NCBI RefSeq assembly: GCF_001194135.2
Contig: NC_068999.1
Location: forward strand, 51,780,758-51,844,757
Source: Octopus bimaculoides
Lineage: Eukaryota
Direction: 5' to 3'
Length of the DNA stretch: 64,000 bases
Position 1 is the first letter of the stretch, and each line of letters starts with the position of its first letter. Below, piece after piece: positions 23,926-37,670 of the stretch. The notes beneath the pieces were generated by a model. The model saw nothing but the letters and a program-made list of their open reading frames with translations. It made no database searches and was not told where the DNA came from. The position numbers and the translations under genes were made by a program.

Positions 23926-24351
23926 ATGACTTCCATACAACTCCCAGAATTGCTAGACTAGCATACTTTTGGTATTGAGTACACTTTCCCCTGTCTTGTC
24001 TGAAGGTGCATGGTCTCTCTAGTAAATAAGATGTTCAGCTCATGGTCATAAGGTCTTGGGTTCAATTCCAGAACTAGGTGACATGTAATGTTCTTGAGCA
24101 AGCCACTTCATTTCCTGTTACTCTAGTCTACCCACCTGTAATGGGTACCAACCAGGGTGCTGGTCTGGTGCAGCCCTCTCACCCTGCACCTATCACATTC
24201 TGATGTTCTACTATGTCAAAGATGATAGGGCCAAGAAAATACTTAGTGTCTGGTCGCATCTAACTATTTCTATGTCAATGTTGCATGTCTGCATGTCTGC
24301 ATGTACTTTATGTGAATCTCTGTGCATGCATATGTGTGTATGGGACTCTCT

Positions 24352-24397
<46 letters not shown>

Positions 24398-25061
24398 ATG
24401 TGTGTGTGTGTGTGTGTGTTGTAGTAAATTAAAGTGCCATCAATTCACAAAAGAGAATTTCATGACCATATCCCTTCATCATCATCATCATCACCACATC
24501 ATGATTGTAACCATTGTTATTGTTATTGCTTTTGTTATCGTCACCACCACCACCACCACCACCACCACCACCACTACCACAACCAACACCATCACCATCA
24601 GCAGTTTGGATGGATGTTATAATAATGTGGACATAAAATTAAACGTTAATAAAAACTTCAAAATATGAATTAAAAAAAAAGAAGTGTAAATGCTCCCCAC
24701 CCATTCACACACCAAAAATATTAACAAAAGGAGTTAAGATGGCTGACAAAAGCAATATTGAATACACCAAAAGAGTGAAATCCATGAAATAATAAAGAAG
24801 AGGTGGGGTAAGATTAAAATGTTGACAGTAACATGAGCAAATAAAATCAATGTTTATTTGTCAGTGAAATATTATTTTGATTGATTCATAAACAAATTGA
24901 TTTCTGAATGTTTAATCAATCAATAACAGTCCCTGTTTTTCAATTATTTCAGTCATAGTAAAATTGCTGATTTTTTTTTTTTTTTTTTTTTTGCTGTGGT
25001 TCAATAGGCATAACAGATATGGATAGATGGATCAATGGGTAGATAGATAGATAGATGGATG

Positions 25062-25091
<30 letters not shown>

Positions 25092-25111
<20 letters not shown>

Positions 25112-25498
25112 GGGAGGCGCAATGGCTTGGTGGTTAGGGCAGCGGACTCACGGTCGTAGGATCGCGGTTTCGATTCCCAGACCAAGCGTTGTGAGCGTTT
25201 ATTGAGCGAAAAGACCTAAAGCTCCATGAGGCTCCAGCAGGGGATGGTGGCGAACCCTGCTGTACTCTTTCACCACAACTTTCTCTCACTCTTACTTCCT
25301 GTTTCTGTTGTGCCTGTAATTCAAAGGGTCAGCCTTGTCACATTGTGTCACGCTGAATATCCACGAGAACTACGTTAAGGGTACACGTGTCTGTGGAGTG
25401 CTCAGCCACTTGCACGTTAATTTCACGAGCAGGCTGTTCCGTTGATCGGATCAACTGGAACCCTCGACGTCGTAAGTGACGGAGTGCCAACAACAACA
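25092..25498 (+). mobile_element. Young full-length tRNA-derived SINE (family C; cf. octopus OK/OR SINEs)
   Basis: A-box/B-box-like head (tggcttggtggttagg...ggtttcgattcc), CpG-rich body and (CAA)n tail; nearly identical to the reverse complement of 62176-62566. Confidence 0.9.
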
Positions 25499-25894
25499 AT
25501 ACTAATACTCTCATCCATATGTAATGGCTTTCTATTCTTCAACAAACAATGAGCACATTAGGACTGAAATGTGACTGACCAGTTAGATATTTTCTAGTCA
25601 CAGCTGAGTACATACCTTGGAATACGATCAAGAAGCAATTGGCTAAAGTGATTCTAATTTTAGAACAGGTCATTAATATATATCTTGTTTTGTCAAGTGA
25701 CACCATATTCACTTGCTACACATTGTCTATTGACTGGAAGACTTACAATTAAGTGTTGCAAGTAAGGGAAGAAAGATCTTACTGCTTTCACCTGCCTTAT
25801 AGACAGAGCATTTCTCCTGCAAAACACTTGCTCCCACATTTTATATGGAAATGGAAATAACCAGATTTGCCAAAATATAGTCCATGCAACAGGC

Positions 25895-26055
25895 ACAGAT
25901 ATGGAAGGGTGGCTGTAAAGTTATCTTCCCAACCACATGGTTCTGGGTTCAGTCCCACTATGTGGTACCTTGGGCAAGTGTCTTCTATTATAGCACTGGG
26001 CTGATCAAAGTTTCGTAAGTGGATTTGGTAGATGGAAACTGAAAGAAGCTCATCA
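25895..26055 (+). mobile_element. Family B SINE head
   Basis: cccaaccacatggttctgggttcagtcccactatgtggtaccttgggcaagtgtcttctattatagc. Confidence 0.75.
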
Positions 26056-27409
26056 TGTGCATATGTGTATGTGTATATGTGTGTGTGAACATGTGTGTGA
26101 TGTATATGTGTGTTTGTGTTTGAGTGGTCTATGTGTAAGTGTGTGTGTGTGTGTGTGTGTATGAATATGTGCATATTTATGTCTCCTTGTCATGATACAT
26201 GGTAGCTGTGAATGAGTGCCACTGTTGCTTGGAAACAAGTGAGAGTTGGCAACAGGAAGAGTATCCAGGCATAGAAAATCTACCCTAATCATTTCTATCC
26301 ATTAAAATGATGATGACAATGATGATGATGATGACGATGTCAGTGAGGTTGATGATGACGATGATGATGTTGATGATAGTGTCACAAAATTCCTAAATTA
26401 ACATTAACATAAATTTGTGCACTGTGTAAAGAAGTGAGTTCTGATATTTGGGGCAGGGTCCAACTTGATGATCCACACATTCTTATGTAGGAAAAATAAA
26501 TGGGGAGAATAATCAATATGCCCCCTTTTAAAAAAAATGATTCAGTTTGGGAAGAAAGGACACTGTTTTATCATGCCCCTCATCAAGCGTAGTGTTTTTC
26601 ATAAGAAGTGGGCCTGTAAAGATTGGAAAAAGAGGATTATATAGTAGCATCCATAGATTGGTGGTGATAAACAAACCTTGACCCTTTTTTTGAATAGCCA
26701 TTAAGCAAGCTATTAACTCAACTCAGACAGCTGTAATTATTGTCCATTAATGTAGACATAATTAAAAATTTTAGCACCATGTTTTTCTACTGATTATTCT
26801 GTAGCTATTCCAACAGATTTATTTTGATCAACAATGTAAAAAAAAATGAATAAATAAATAAATAAAAATACAAAAAAATCAATAAATATTAAAAAATAAA
26901 ACTAATTATTGTACAAATAATATAGAATTAGTATATTAAATAATTAGTAGAATTAGCATAAATTGGCTGCTTTCGTTTACTTTTTACTCTATTTTGAGTC
27001 ATTAAGCTATTACGCTAGTTTTGAGTTTTTTAAATATTCATTTTTCTTTTAGTTTTGTTTTTGTATCTTTTTTTTTTTGCTTTTTGTTGTCATTTTATTC
27101 CTTTTTTTTTTTTTTGGTTATTTCATTCTCTTTAGGGAATGAAGTCAAAATCTTATTAACAATGCAATAATCAGTTGGTGTAGAAATGGTGGTATTTAGT
27201 TTATTAAGAATTTTCTTATAGAAGAAATATCAGGAAAATATCGACGACAGAATCAAATGAAAAGAAAACAAAAATTTTATTTCAGGAAATGTGTTTGCAA
27301 TAGAGATGGAAATTAAGCTATTTAGCAAGTAAAATTATAAAATCATGGTTTATTACAGAGATTGTCAGCACCGACACCATCACCTCTACCAATAATCCCC
27401 AGTGGAAGC

Positions 27410-27710
27410 ACCACCACCACTACCACCACCACCACCACCACCACTACCACTAGTGTTGTTTTCATCAATGCCATTACCACCACTGTCATCATCTACGTTG
27501 TTGTCATCATCAACATCATCATCATCATCATCATCACCATCATCATCATCTTTATCATCATCAGAAACATCATCGTCGTCATCATCGTCATCATCATCAT
27601 CTTTATCATCATTGTCATCATCATCATCATCATTATCATCATCATCATTCTCTTCCTTCTCTTCTTCTTCATCATTGTCGTCACCACCACCACCATCATC
27701 ATCATCATGA
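27410..27710. repeat. (CAC)n/(CAT)n trinucleotide block
   Basis: Direct observation. Confidence 0.95.
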
Positions 27711-28129
27711 AATAAAATGTCTTGCTCAAGGACACAACGCATCGCTGGGAATTGAACTCATGACCTTATGATCATGAACCGAATACCCTAACCACTAATC
27801 CACATGCCTTCACTACTTACCCATTACATATCCTCTATGTCACTCAATCTATTGATTTTCTTCTGTTCTGACGCAAAATTAATTTTTCCTGAGTAAGCAA
27901 CCCAATTATTAGTACTATTTGTATTGTTTCACTGACCCTGGAGGAATGAAAGGCTAAATAACTCCTAGAAGGAATTGAATTCAGTATACGGAGGAGAGGC
28001 TTGAAACTAAATATTTTAAATCATTCATTTAGACTGGTGTTCTGCAATTTCTGCCAAATTTTTCCTTAGCAGCATGCTGTGGGTTTTGACCAACTCTGTA
28101 TGGTAGCCAAATTCACTGCCCCTCTCATC

Positions 28130-28349
28130 ATTTAGCATTTAAACAGGTCATATCTGGCCCAAATATTTTGCCCTGTTTTATGTTCAAACTAGCCAGATTT
28201 TACCTCTCCCACTAACCCTATACTGTAATTCAGGAAATAAAATAAATCACATCATCAAAATCTTGAAACTGCAAGATAACACATGAGAAATTCAAAGCAA
28301 TGTGAATAAATAAGCATTATATGTAATAACCTGAATGCTATAGAATTAA
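28130..28349. mobile_element. piggyBac-like MITE
   Basis: Left end tttagcattt and right end gaatgctatagaattaa form degenerate inverted termini with TTAA at the right end; a second partial copy lies at 8714. Confidence 0.55.
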
Positions 28350-29217
28350 ATATAACATATCTTCAACTATAGCAAATACATATATATAAAGTGGCCACCT
28401 TCTATGATCCACATAGCCTACGCATTCCTTGCTATACCACCAACTTTCTTCTTTTGCAATATTCATTATAACCAATCATAGCTTACATAAAAACTGGAAG
28501 AAAAAACCTTCCACATTGGCAAGAATATGGTGAAATATTTTTTAAAAAACAAGCAAAAGATTTTAAACTAAAGAAAAACATTTATATTATTTATAGATAA
28601 TACAGTCTTTTTCTTCCAGTATAAAAAAAAAAAATTATTTCCATCATTCCAGAATATTCTCTATGCATTAAGGATTGCTAAAGATCAAAATATTCAATAA
28701 AGAGATGTATATTAATGCAGACTGGTTAATTTTAATAAAGAATGGCATTTCTCCAGCCTTCTTAGATTACAGTTTTCTATCAATAAAATCTTGCCAGTTT
28801 TTCTAATTGTATAAGAACTTCTCAGTTAAAGACTGAATATTTCCCACCCACTATTAGTATTCACTGAATGTTGGTCAACTCAAACCAAGCTGCTGGTATT
28901 TTGGTATTCTGCTAGCGTTAATGGCAATCAATATACAGACTAAATTATTATCATGCTTAATCTCCGGCAAGAAGGCAATATATCTCATCTCATAAATGAA
29001 ACTTCATAGTTCTTATTTAAGATGGTGTCTTGAGAGAGTCATTAAAGTGTTAGTTGGAATGCCTAGTGGTATTTGATCTGATGTTCTGAGTTCAAATCTT
29101 ACGTTACTTTTCACCCTTTTTGGGATTGATAAAAGAAAATACCACACATACACACACACACACACACACAGAAACACACACTCATGTATGTGTATATGTG
29201 TATGTGTGAGTGTGTGT

Positions 29218-29269
<52 letters not shown>

Positions 29270-29372
29270 AAATTATAAATAAAGAGAAGAAATATGCAGT
29301 AAGTAAAATTTATTTTGCCATTGGATATCCATATTCAATTACAATTGTTTTGCAACTTACTCAGTCAGTTCA

Positions 29373-29457
29373 GTTGGCACTCCGTCGCTTACGACGTCGA
29401 GGGTTCCAGTTGATCCGATCAACGGAACAGCCTGCTCGTGAAATTAACGTGCAAGTG
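29373..29457 (-). mobile_element. 5'-truncated family C SINE (3' end only)
   Basis: ttggcactccgtcgcttacgacgtcgagggttccagttgatccgatcaacggaacagcctgctcgtgaaattaacgtgcaagtg. Confidence 0.9.
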
Positions 29458-29709
29458 TAATTCTTTTTATGGCTAGGTTATCATGTAGTGTTGCTGTGAC
29501 TTCTGCCTCATATATGATGACGTTTATCATGCAGGCCTGATCAAGTCAGGCTGGTATACTTGCATGTACAAAATATAGTAAATTTTTCAATTTTAAAATT
29601 TATACAATATTCCTATGCCTATTTTCGACATTGGTCGCGTTTCTACTATGACTTAAAACTGGGAAGATAGTTTTTGTGTGTGGTAAATGCTCAGGGACAA
29701 TAAACACTG

Positions 29710-29952
29710 AAAATGTGGTCGATGCCAATGCCGGCTGACTGGGCCCTCATGCTGGTGGCACGTAAAAAGCACCCACTACACTCTCGGAGTGGTTGGCGTT
29801 AGGAAGGGCATCCAACTGTTGAAACTTTGCCAGATCTGATTGGAGCTGGGTGCAGCTTTCTGGCTCGCTAGCCCTCAGTCAAACCGTCCAACCCATGCCA
29901 ACATGGAAAGTGGATGTCAAACGACGACGATGATGATGATGATGATGATGAT
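29710..29952 (+). mobile_element. RTE-tailed SINE
   Basis: ggtggcacgtaaaaagcacccactacactctcggagtggttggcgttaggaagggcatcc...ccaacccatgccaacatggaaagtggatgtcaaacgacgacgatgatg. Confidence 0.85.
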
Positions 29953-30646
29953 ATGTATATAAATATCAGAAATGACAGAAAAAGATGGCCTCTGAGGGTG
30001 CATTGCTTTGTTCTTTTAGCTGTATGTTGTATTATGATTAGTCATAAATAAATAGCATACATAAAAATTTCTAAAAATAATTTTTTATATCAGACCTTTC
30101 TAAATTTAGACAATGTTTTATCCTTCCTTTTTTTTTTTTTTATCTGATATGTAAATTCTTTGTGTATTAAATTGTTTGTGGTCTTCGAAAATTATGGCAC
30201 TTCAGATTTAGCCAGATAGTCTCAGTTTGTTTCTATATATAGAAGAAAACAAATAAATGGTCAAAAATAATTACAAATGTAATTAGAAACATCTTATTTA
30301 TAAAATATGTAATGGAGAAAAAATACAACCAAAAGACATCTTAGATGTACATTCTTACTGTTCGCTATTGGATTACATCCTGGAAATAATAATAATAATA
30401 ATAAATGCCATATCTTATGTCTTTTAACTGTTATTCGTTTCAATCATTGGATTGTTGCCATGCTGGAGTACTGCCTTGAAGGCTTAAAAGGTTTTAGTCG
30501 AACACATCAACCTCAGTTCTTATTTTTAAGTCTGGTACTTCTATTGGTCTCTTTTGCTGAGCCACTAAGTTAAAGAGATGCAAACAAACCAGCACTGGCT
30601 GTTAGGTCTGACAACCTCTTGTACCTAACTACACCTTAAGTCCATC

Positions 30647-30830
30647 CTAGCATCTAATGTGGCTTTTTAAACCAGATAATGTATTGAAAAGACACCCACA
30701 TAGATTGCATATCTGATTTGGACCACCAAGAGGTGGTGTTAAATTCTGATCTTTGTGGATCTTAAAATGTCTTTTGAGGTCACCATTAGATTTGCAGACC
30801 TTATGGTATACATGGCAATGAAAGGAGTGC
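30647..30830 (-). pseudogene. Two decayed C2H2 zinc fingers (RTE ORF2 C-terminus or ZNF fragment)
   Basis: CHVYHKVCKSNGDLKRHFKIH (second Cys is Tyr) and CNLCGCLFNTLSGLKSHIRC* (last His lost); Cx2C-x12-H spacing retained. Confidence 0.65.
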
Positions 30831-30965
30831 ATAGATATATAGGCAAAATAGTTGGTGGAGATATGAGCCCAGCAAAACAAAGGCATGGTGCCTGCCTGCC
30901 TACCTACTTATTACCTACCTACCTACCTACCTTCCTACCTACCTACCTACCTATCTATCTATCTA

Positions 30966-31009
<44 letters not shown>

Positions 31010-31209
31010 CACGTAAAAATATCTATTTTTTCATACAAATAATCTCTTTCGTCATATGTATATATATATACATTTATCATAAAGGCATCTATTTTGTTGT
31101 ACACCTATTTTTCATACATTCTTTCAGTCTTCATTCAGTCATCTATATTTGCACACAAATGTCTATTTTTGCTCCAGTGCACTTTTCTAAAACGTTAGAA
31201 TTCTATTGT

Positions 31210-31350
31210 TCTTAACTTTTGATATTTTCTATCATCAAAAGGAATGCTGTAATCATACAGAAATTCCTATGTGCACCAAATTTTGAATGATGTGTGATCA
31301 CCTCAATGGGAATCAATGGTTTGGACAGTTGTGTCGAGCCCCCTTGTAAT
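31210..31350 (-). mobile_element. Possible Tc1/mariner-type terminal region
   Basis: Minus strand TACAAGGGGGCTCGACACAACTG...aaatttggtgcacatagg, starting at TA. No partner end found. Confidence 0.3.
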
Positions 31351-31698
31351 ATATGCAAAAATATTGCAGAATCATCAAATATCACAAAACTCACTGAATG
31401 TGGATGACGGTTTTCATTCATATGTGTGTAAGATAGCTCACTGTGACACATATATTTTACGTAACTATGCAGATAAATTAAATATAACAGCTTAAGTTTG
31501 ATATACAATATATATATATATATAGGGTTATGAGCGATAGTGGTGTCAATTAGTCATATATATAAGTGTGCATGTGCATGTACTTGTGTGTAATGTATGC
31601 ACATATGTGTGTTCATGCATGCATGTACCTGCATGTATGTGTTGGCAGCGGCAGCTGTAGTAGTAGTAGTAGTAGTAACTGTAGTGGTGGTGGTGGTG

Positions 31699-31734
<36 letters not shown>

Positions 31735-31968
31735 ACAGCAGCAAAAGCAACAGCAGCAGCAAGAGCAGCAGAAACGGCAGTGGCAGCATCAGCAGTCACG
31801 GTAACACTGACCGTTCATTCATCTTCGTATAAAGAGGAACCAATTCTGACAGGATGAATCACCAAACTCCTCCAAATTCCCCATTTAGTTTTACACCCGG
31901 TTTCCATTTGCTGCCAATCTCTTCCTCCTCACTTCCCTCTCTCTGTTTACCTATTTATCTATCTATCG

Positions 31969-32060
<92 letters not shown>

Positions 32061-32283
32061 CTCTCCTACTGACTGGATTAGCCATATAAATACAGTGATA
32101 ATAAGTAATAAGTGCTTTGCTCAGAACACAGTGCAGCATTAATGATGGGATATGAATACAGACATTTCCAGCCAAAAAGCTAAAACCATATTTACTCATC
32201 CATTGCAAACTGTTCATTATTCCATTGACATATGATTATTGGATGAGATAACCATATCTGTATTTATGATATGTGCCTGCCTA

Positions 32284-32321
<38 letters not shown>

Positions 32322-32554
32322 GTGTGCATGAGATGGTAAGTGGTGAGATGTCGTGCAGGAATAAACTCAGCCTATTCACTCACACCAGCATGGTTGAGCG
32401 AATGTAAAATGATAGCAGGAAAGATATACGCGTGTGCAAGTATGTTTGCAATGTATGTATAATGCACACACACACACACACACAAACTCAACACATGCAC
32501 ATAGAAATGTATATATCTATATGGTCCTTGATTCTTAAAGCATCCATACGGCTA

Positions 32555-33143
32555 ATTGATACTCAGAGTGAAAAGCAGATTGTATGATGCCTGTGTGTGT
32601 GAACAGTCATGCTACATGGCAGTGAAGCATGGGCTGTGACCGCTGAAGACATGCTTATGTTCGAAAGAAATGAAGCCAGTATGGAGGGCAGTGAGCTGGC
32701 AGAGTCAGTAGCACGCCGGNNNNNNNNNNAATGAAGCCAGTATGGAGGGCAGTGAGCTGGCAGAGTCAGTAGCACGCCGGGCGAAATGCTTAGCGGTATT
32801 TCGTCTGCCGTTATGTTCTGAGGTCAAATTCCGCCGAGGTCGAGTTTGCCTTTCATCCTTTCAGGGTCAATTAAATAAGTACCAGTTATGCACTGGGGTC
32901 GATGTAATTGACTTAATGTCATTGTCTGTCCTTGTTTGTTCCCTCTATGTTTAGCCCCTTGTGGACAATAAAGAAATAGAAATGAAGCTAGTATGCTTTG
33001 CTGAATGTGCAGTGTCAGTGTGTATCTACGACAGTGTAAGCATCTTGAGAGAAAAGCTGAGTATAAGAGGCATCAGATGTGGTGTGCAAGAGAGACAAGT
33101 GCTCTGGTATGGTCATGTGATGCATACGGATGAGAACAGCTGA
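32555..33143 (+). mobile_element. RTE LINE ORF2 thumb-region remnant interrupted by a SINE
   Basis: LRVKSRLYDAC..VMLHGSEAWAVTAEDMLMFERNEASM | ...SILREKLSIRGIRCGVQERQVLWYGHVMHTDENS. Confidence 0.85.
32684..32978 (+). mobile_element. Family A SINE with target-site duplication
   Basis: Flanked by gaaatgaagc(c/t)agtatg at 32667-32683 and 32979-32995. Contains a 10-N join with duplicated flank. Confidence 0.9.
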
Positions 33144-33156
33144 GAAAAGAAGTTAT

Positions 33157-33380
33157 CTAAATAACTGTGCCACTGTACATGGCTTGTGTGATTTTCACAA
33201 GCCATTCATCTACTTCTAGATTCTTCAGATGCCACCATATCACGAAGAAAAAGATTCTGTTGAAGGCTTTCTCCAGGTCAATAAATGCCAAGTGCAATAG
33301 CTTGTTCTTAGCAGCTAAATACAAAGTGCATTCCAGAAGTTTTGAGACTTTTTCAGGCGAGACATTTATTAATTTCAAAG
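33157..33380 (-). mobile_element. RTE reverse-transcriptase fragment
   Basis: YLAAKNKLLHLAFIDLEKAFNRI...IWWHLKNLEVDEWLVKITQAMY contains the RT motif FxDLEKAFD. Confidence 0.85.
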
Positions 33381-34974
33381 AAGTACAAAACTCATTTCCT
33401 TCAAAAGAAGGATTCTCTGACTAACTCTATCTCTCTTTCTCTCTCACATACATACATGCAAGCACGCATGCATGCATTCACACACACACACACACACACA
33501 CGTCTATTTCATACATATATCTTCTTTCAATTTCTGCTCTCTGCAAATAAATTTTTTACGGATACACTTGCTTACCAAAATAGGGATTAATGTATAATTT
33601 CTTTCTATGTTCATAATTAAATCAATGTTTTAATGATTAGACAGAGGTTGAATAGAATAGATCTCAGAAACAGACTACATACAAATTTGTCCTTCACAAC
33701 TCCTGGAGCTGTTTTCNNNNNNNNNNNNNNNNNNNNNNNNNNNNNNNNNNNNNNNNNNNNNNNNNNNNNNNNNNNNNNNNNNNNNNNNNNNNNNNNNNNN
33801 NNNNNNNNNNNNNNNNNNNNNNNNNNNNNNNNNNNNNNNNNNNNNNNNNNNNNNNNNNNNNNNNNNNNNNNNNNNNNNNNNNNNNNNNNNNNNNNNNNNN
33901 NNNNNNNNNNNNNNNNNNNNNNNNNNNNNNNNNNNNNNNNNNNNNNNNNNNNNNNNNNNNNNNNNNNNNNNNNNNNNNNNNNNNNNNNNNNNNNNNNNNN
34001 NNNNNNNNNNNNNNNNNNNNNNNNNNNNNNNNNNNNNNNNNNNNNNNNNNNNNNNNNNNNNNNNNNNNNNNNNNNNNNNNNNNNNNNNNNNNNNNNNNNN
34101 NNNNNNNNNNNNNNNNNNNNNNNNNNNNNNNNNNNNNNNNNNNNNNNNNNNNNNNNNNNNNNNNNNNNNNNNNNNNNNNNNNNNNNNNNNNNNNNNNNNN
34201 NNNNNNNNNNNNNNNNNNNNNNNNNNNNNNNNNNNNNNAAGTTATATAGCTATCACTAATGTTATTTTCTTTTTATCTAACATTTTGCTTGTTATTTTTT
34301 TTTCTCTAATTTTTCATTATTTCTATAGAAAGTTCCTCCTCCATTTTTAAATATATATTTTAAAAAAAAATTTCTTCCTAAACACTTCAATATCTTTATG
34401 AATTATTTATTTTTTTTTTTAAATTTATTTTCCAAATTTCAAATCATGTTCTATAGCTTATGAGAATAACCTAAATCTTTTGATGTTGTTGTTGTTGTTG
34501 CTGCTTCTGCTGCTGTTGTTGTTGTTCCAGGAATTGCAGCAAAATGATAATACATTATTCTCTTCATTATGGCTGTGTCACAAGCAATAGATTTGATGTT
34601 GTTTCCTGGCCTTTTTCATATATTTTTTATTATCCATTAATTTCTATGTATTGTGATGTGTAATCTTCAACTCATTTCTGTCTCCCTGTTCTGACATAAA
34701 CAGAACATTGTTTATTGCATATATAACATATAACATATCATATATAACATATAATATATAAGATATAAGATATTTGGCTGTGTGATTGTGAAGTTTGCTT
34801 CCCAACTACAAGGTTTTGCATTCAGGCTCACCACTTGACATTTTGGGCAGATGTCTTCCACTACAACTTTGAATCAACCAAAGCATTATGAGAGGGTTTA
34901 GTAGCCAGGAACTAAAAGAAGCCAGCTGTGCATATACATACATACACACACACACGCACATGTATGTGTGTGTG

Positions 34975-35370
34975 TGTGTGAAAGCATATGGCTCAGTGGT
35001 TAGAGCACCGGACTCACACTCATGAGGTAGTGAATTCAATTCCCAAACCAGGCTGTGCATTGTGTTCTTGAGCAAGACACTTTATTTCACGTTGCTCCAG
35101 TTCACTCAGCTGCAGAAATGAGTTGTGATGTCACTGGTGCNNNNNNNNNNCTCAGCTGCAGAAATGAGTTGTGATGTCACTGGTGCCAAGCTGTATCAGC
35201 CTTTGCCTTTCCCTTGGATAACATTGGTGGCATGGAGAGGAGAGGCTGATGTGCATGGGCAATTGCTGGTCTTCCTTAAACAACCTTGCCAGGAATTGTG
35301 CTTCAGAAGGGAACTTTCTAGGTGCAATCCCATGGTCATTCATGACTGAAGGGGTTCTTTACCCTTTACC
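34975..35370 (+). mobile_element. Family D SINE, near full length
   Basis: Head tggctcagtggttagagcaccggactc...gaattcaattccc and a CORE-like body; same family as 1-255. Confidence 0.85.
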
Positions 35371-36279
35371 CTTCTTATATATATATATATATATATGTAT
35401 AAATATATATATATAGTTTTAGGGAAAAGAACCAAGGTTCATGAACTCATCAATGAAATATTTGGTCAATAGACTTTTAAGTGTCAAAGTTTTCAAGGCA
35501 GGAGCTGTATTTTGAGGTTAAGAGTGATTTTCGGAGAGAATGTTACATACAATTCACGCATTGATATTCCCTCTTACATGTGGTAAAAGTTAAACACAAA
35601 TGAAGGCAGTTTATGAAAAGCAGGGACAATCAATTTCTTTNNNNNNNNNNNNNNNNNNNNNNNNNNNNNNNNNNNNNNNNNNNNNNNNNNNNNNNNNNNN
35701 NNNNNNNNNNNNNNNNNNNNNNNNNNNNNNNNNNNNNNNNNNNNNNNNNNNNNNNNNNNNNNNNNNNNNNNNNNNNNNNNNNNNNNNNNNNNNNNNNNNN
35801 NNNNNNNNNNNNNNNNNNNNNNNNNNNNNNNNNNNNNNNNNNNNNNNNNNNNNNNNNNNNNNNNNNNNNNNNNNNNNNNNNNNNNNNNNNNNNNNNNNNN
35901 NNNNNNNNNNNNNNNNNNNNNNNNNNNNNNNNNNNNNNNNNNNNNNNNNNNNNNNNNNNNNNNNNNNNNNNNNNNNNNNNNNNNNNNNNNNNNNNNNNNN
36001 NNNNNNNNNNNNNNNNNNNNNNNNNNNNNNNNNNNNNNNNNNNNNNNNNNNNATATTATATGGCCTGTGTCTTTTACATAAGAAATCGAATTATGTTTAT
36101 GGTGGGAATGTTTTCATAATTCTATAAATAAAATATACATATACATTAATATATAATCTCCACAGCATTATATCTGCTGGAACTAATGAAATATACCCCT
36201 CCCCCCTATACACGCACATGCACAAATGTGAGTGTTCATATGTACGATTAGTATTATATCAGTGTATAGATAGATAGAA

Positions 36280-36313
36280 AGAAAGAAAGAGGGAAAGAAA
36301 GGCAGAAAGAGGG

Positions 36314-36378
<65 letters not shown>

Positions 36379-36675
36379 TAATAAAAATATTTAGAAATGC
36401 AAACATAAAATTTTCTCAATGCTAACTAAATAAATAGGTAAATAGATAAATGCATGCATGTATGTATGTATGTATGTATGTATGTACGTATGTATGCATG
36501 TATGAAGGTATGTTTGTATGTATGCATTTCTCTCGGCATATGTGTATTATGTAAATCTCTCTTCCCCTCTGTGTATGTATGTAGCTATCTCTGTATGTGT
36601 ATGTGTGTATGTCTGTCTGTATGCATGTATGTATATATATATATATATATCTGTATGTGTATGTATGTATGTATG

Positions 36676-36737
<62 letters not shown>

Positions 36738-36832
36738 CATATATATCTGTATGTGTGTATGTATGCATGTATGTATGTATGCATGCATGTATATACATAT
36801 ATCTATATGTGTGTACGTGTGCAAATGAATAC

Positions 36833-36922
<90 letters not shown>

Positions 36923-36925
36923 CAA
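36280..36925. repeat. Compound (GA)n, (TATG)n, (TA)n, (CAGA)n, (GATA)n
   Basis: Direct observation. Confidence 0.95.
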
Positions 36926-37229
36926 TAAAAATCAATAACTAAGTGAATTATCAGGCAACTTTTTTCCAATACAGAAGACAGAGATGACTAAATCTGCAAA
37001 TAATTGATTTGGTTGTAATATAGTGCACTTCTACCTATATAGGTCTCAATACGTTTAAGCAAGTGATTACTGCAACTTTTCATCATGTTGGATTTAGAAT
37101 ATCCATATATGTTCAGTCACTTTTACCTCTGTTTTCAATTCTATACAAAGGCAGTAGCTGTAGAATTAAATATATCACTGGTCCACTATAGCATTGATAT
37201 TAGAGCTGGTTCTAATCTAGCCAAAGTCT

Positions 37230-37619
37230 CATTACACATCCACATTCACATGCATACACCCATCTACACATATATACATAAATATACAGACACACACATA
37301 TGCACACACACATACCTACACACGCACACACACACAAACACAAACACAAACACACACACACACGTGCCGCACATACACATACTAATATACATATACAAAG
37401 ACATACAAATATACACACATACAGACACATACACACACACACATACACGCATGCACACATAGATATGTGCATGTGCACGCGCACGTACACACACACACAC
37501 ACACATACACGTGCCGCACATACACATACTAATATACACATACAAAGACATACAGATATACACACATACAGACACACACCCACACACATAGATGCATGCA
37601 CACATAGATATGTGTATGT

Positions 37620-37662
<43 letters not shown>

Positions 37663-37670
37663 TGCACATG
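37230..37670. repeat. Degenerate (CA)n with a ~130-bp tandem duplication
   Basis: cacgtgccgcacatacacatactaatatac..atacaaagacatac occurs at about 37360 and 37508. Confidence 0.85.

Noticed and set aside
25092-25165. Possible tRNA gene (also other tRNA-like heads)
   Set aside because: No complete cloverleaf; it continues directly into a multi-copy SINE body.
26530-26614. Minus-strand exon candidate (PLLMKNTTLDEGHDKTVSFLPKLNHFF*) and similar ones at 11217-11237, 20637-20648, 25617-25643, 49418-49478, 50612-50630, 53859 onward
   Set aside because: Splice signals alone at a frequency expected by chance; no recognisable homology or consistent phase chain.
32667-32779. Apparent tandem duplication of a SINE start (also 35104-35190)
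   Set aside because: Identical sequence on both sides of a 10-N join, most likely overlapping contig ends.
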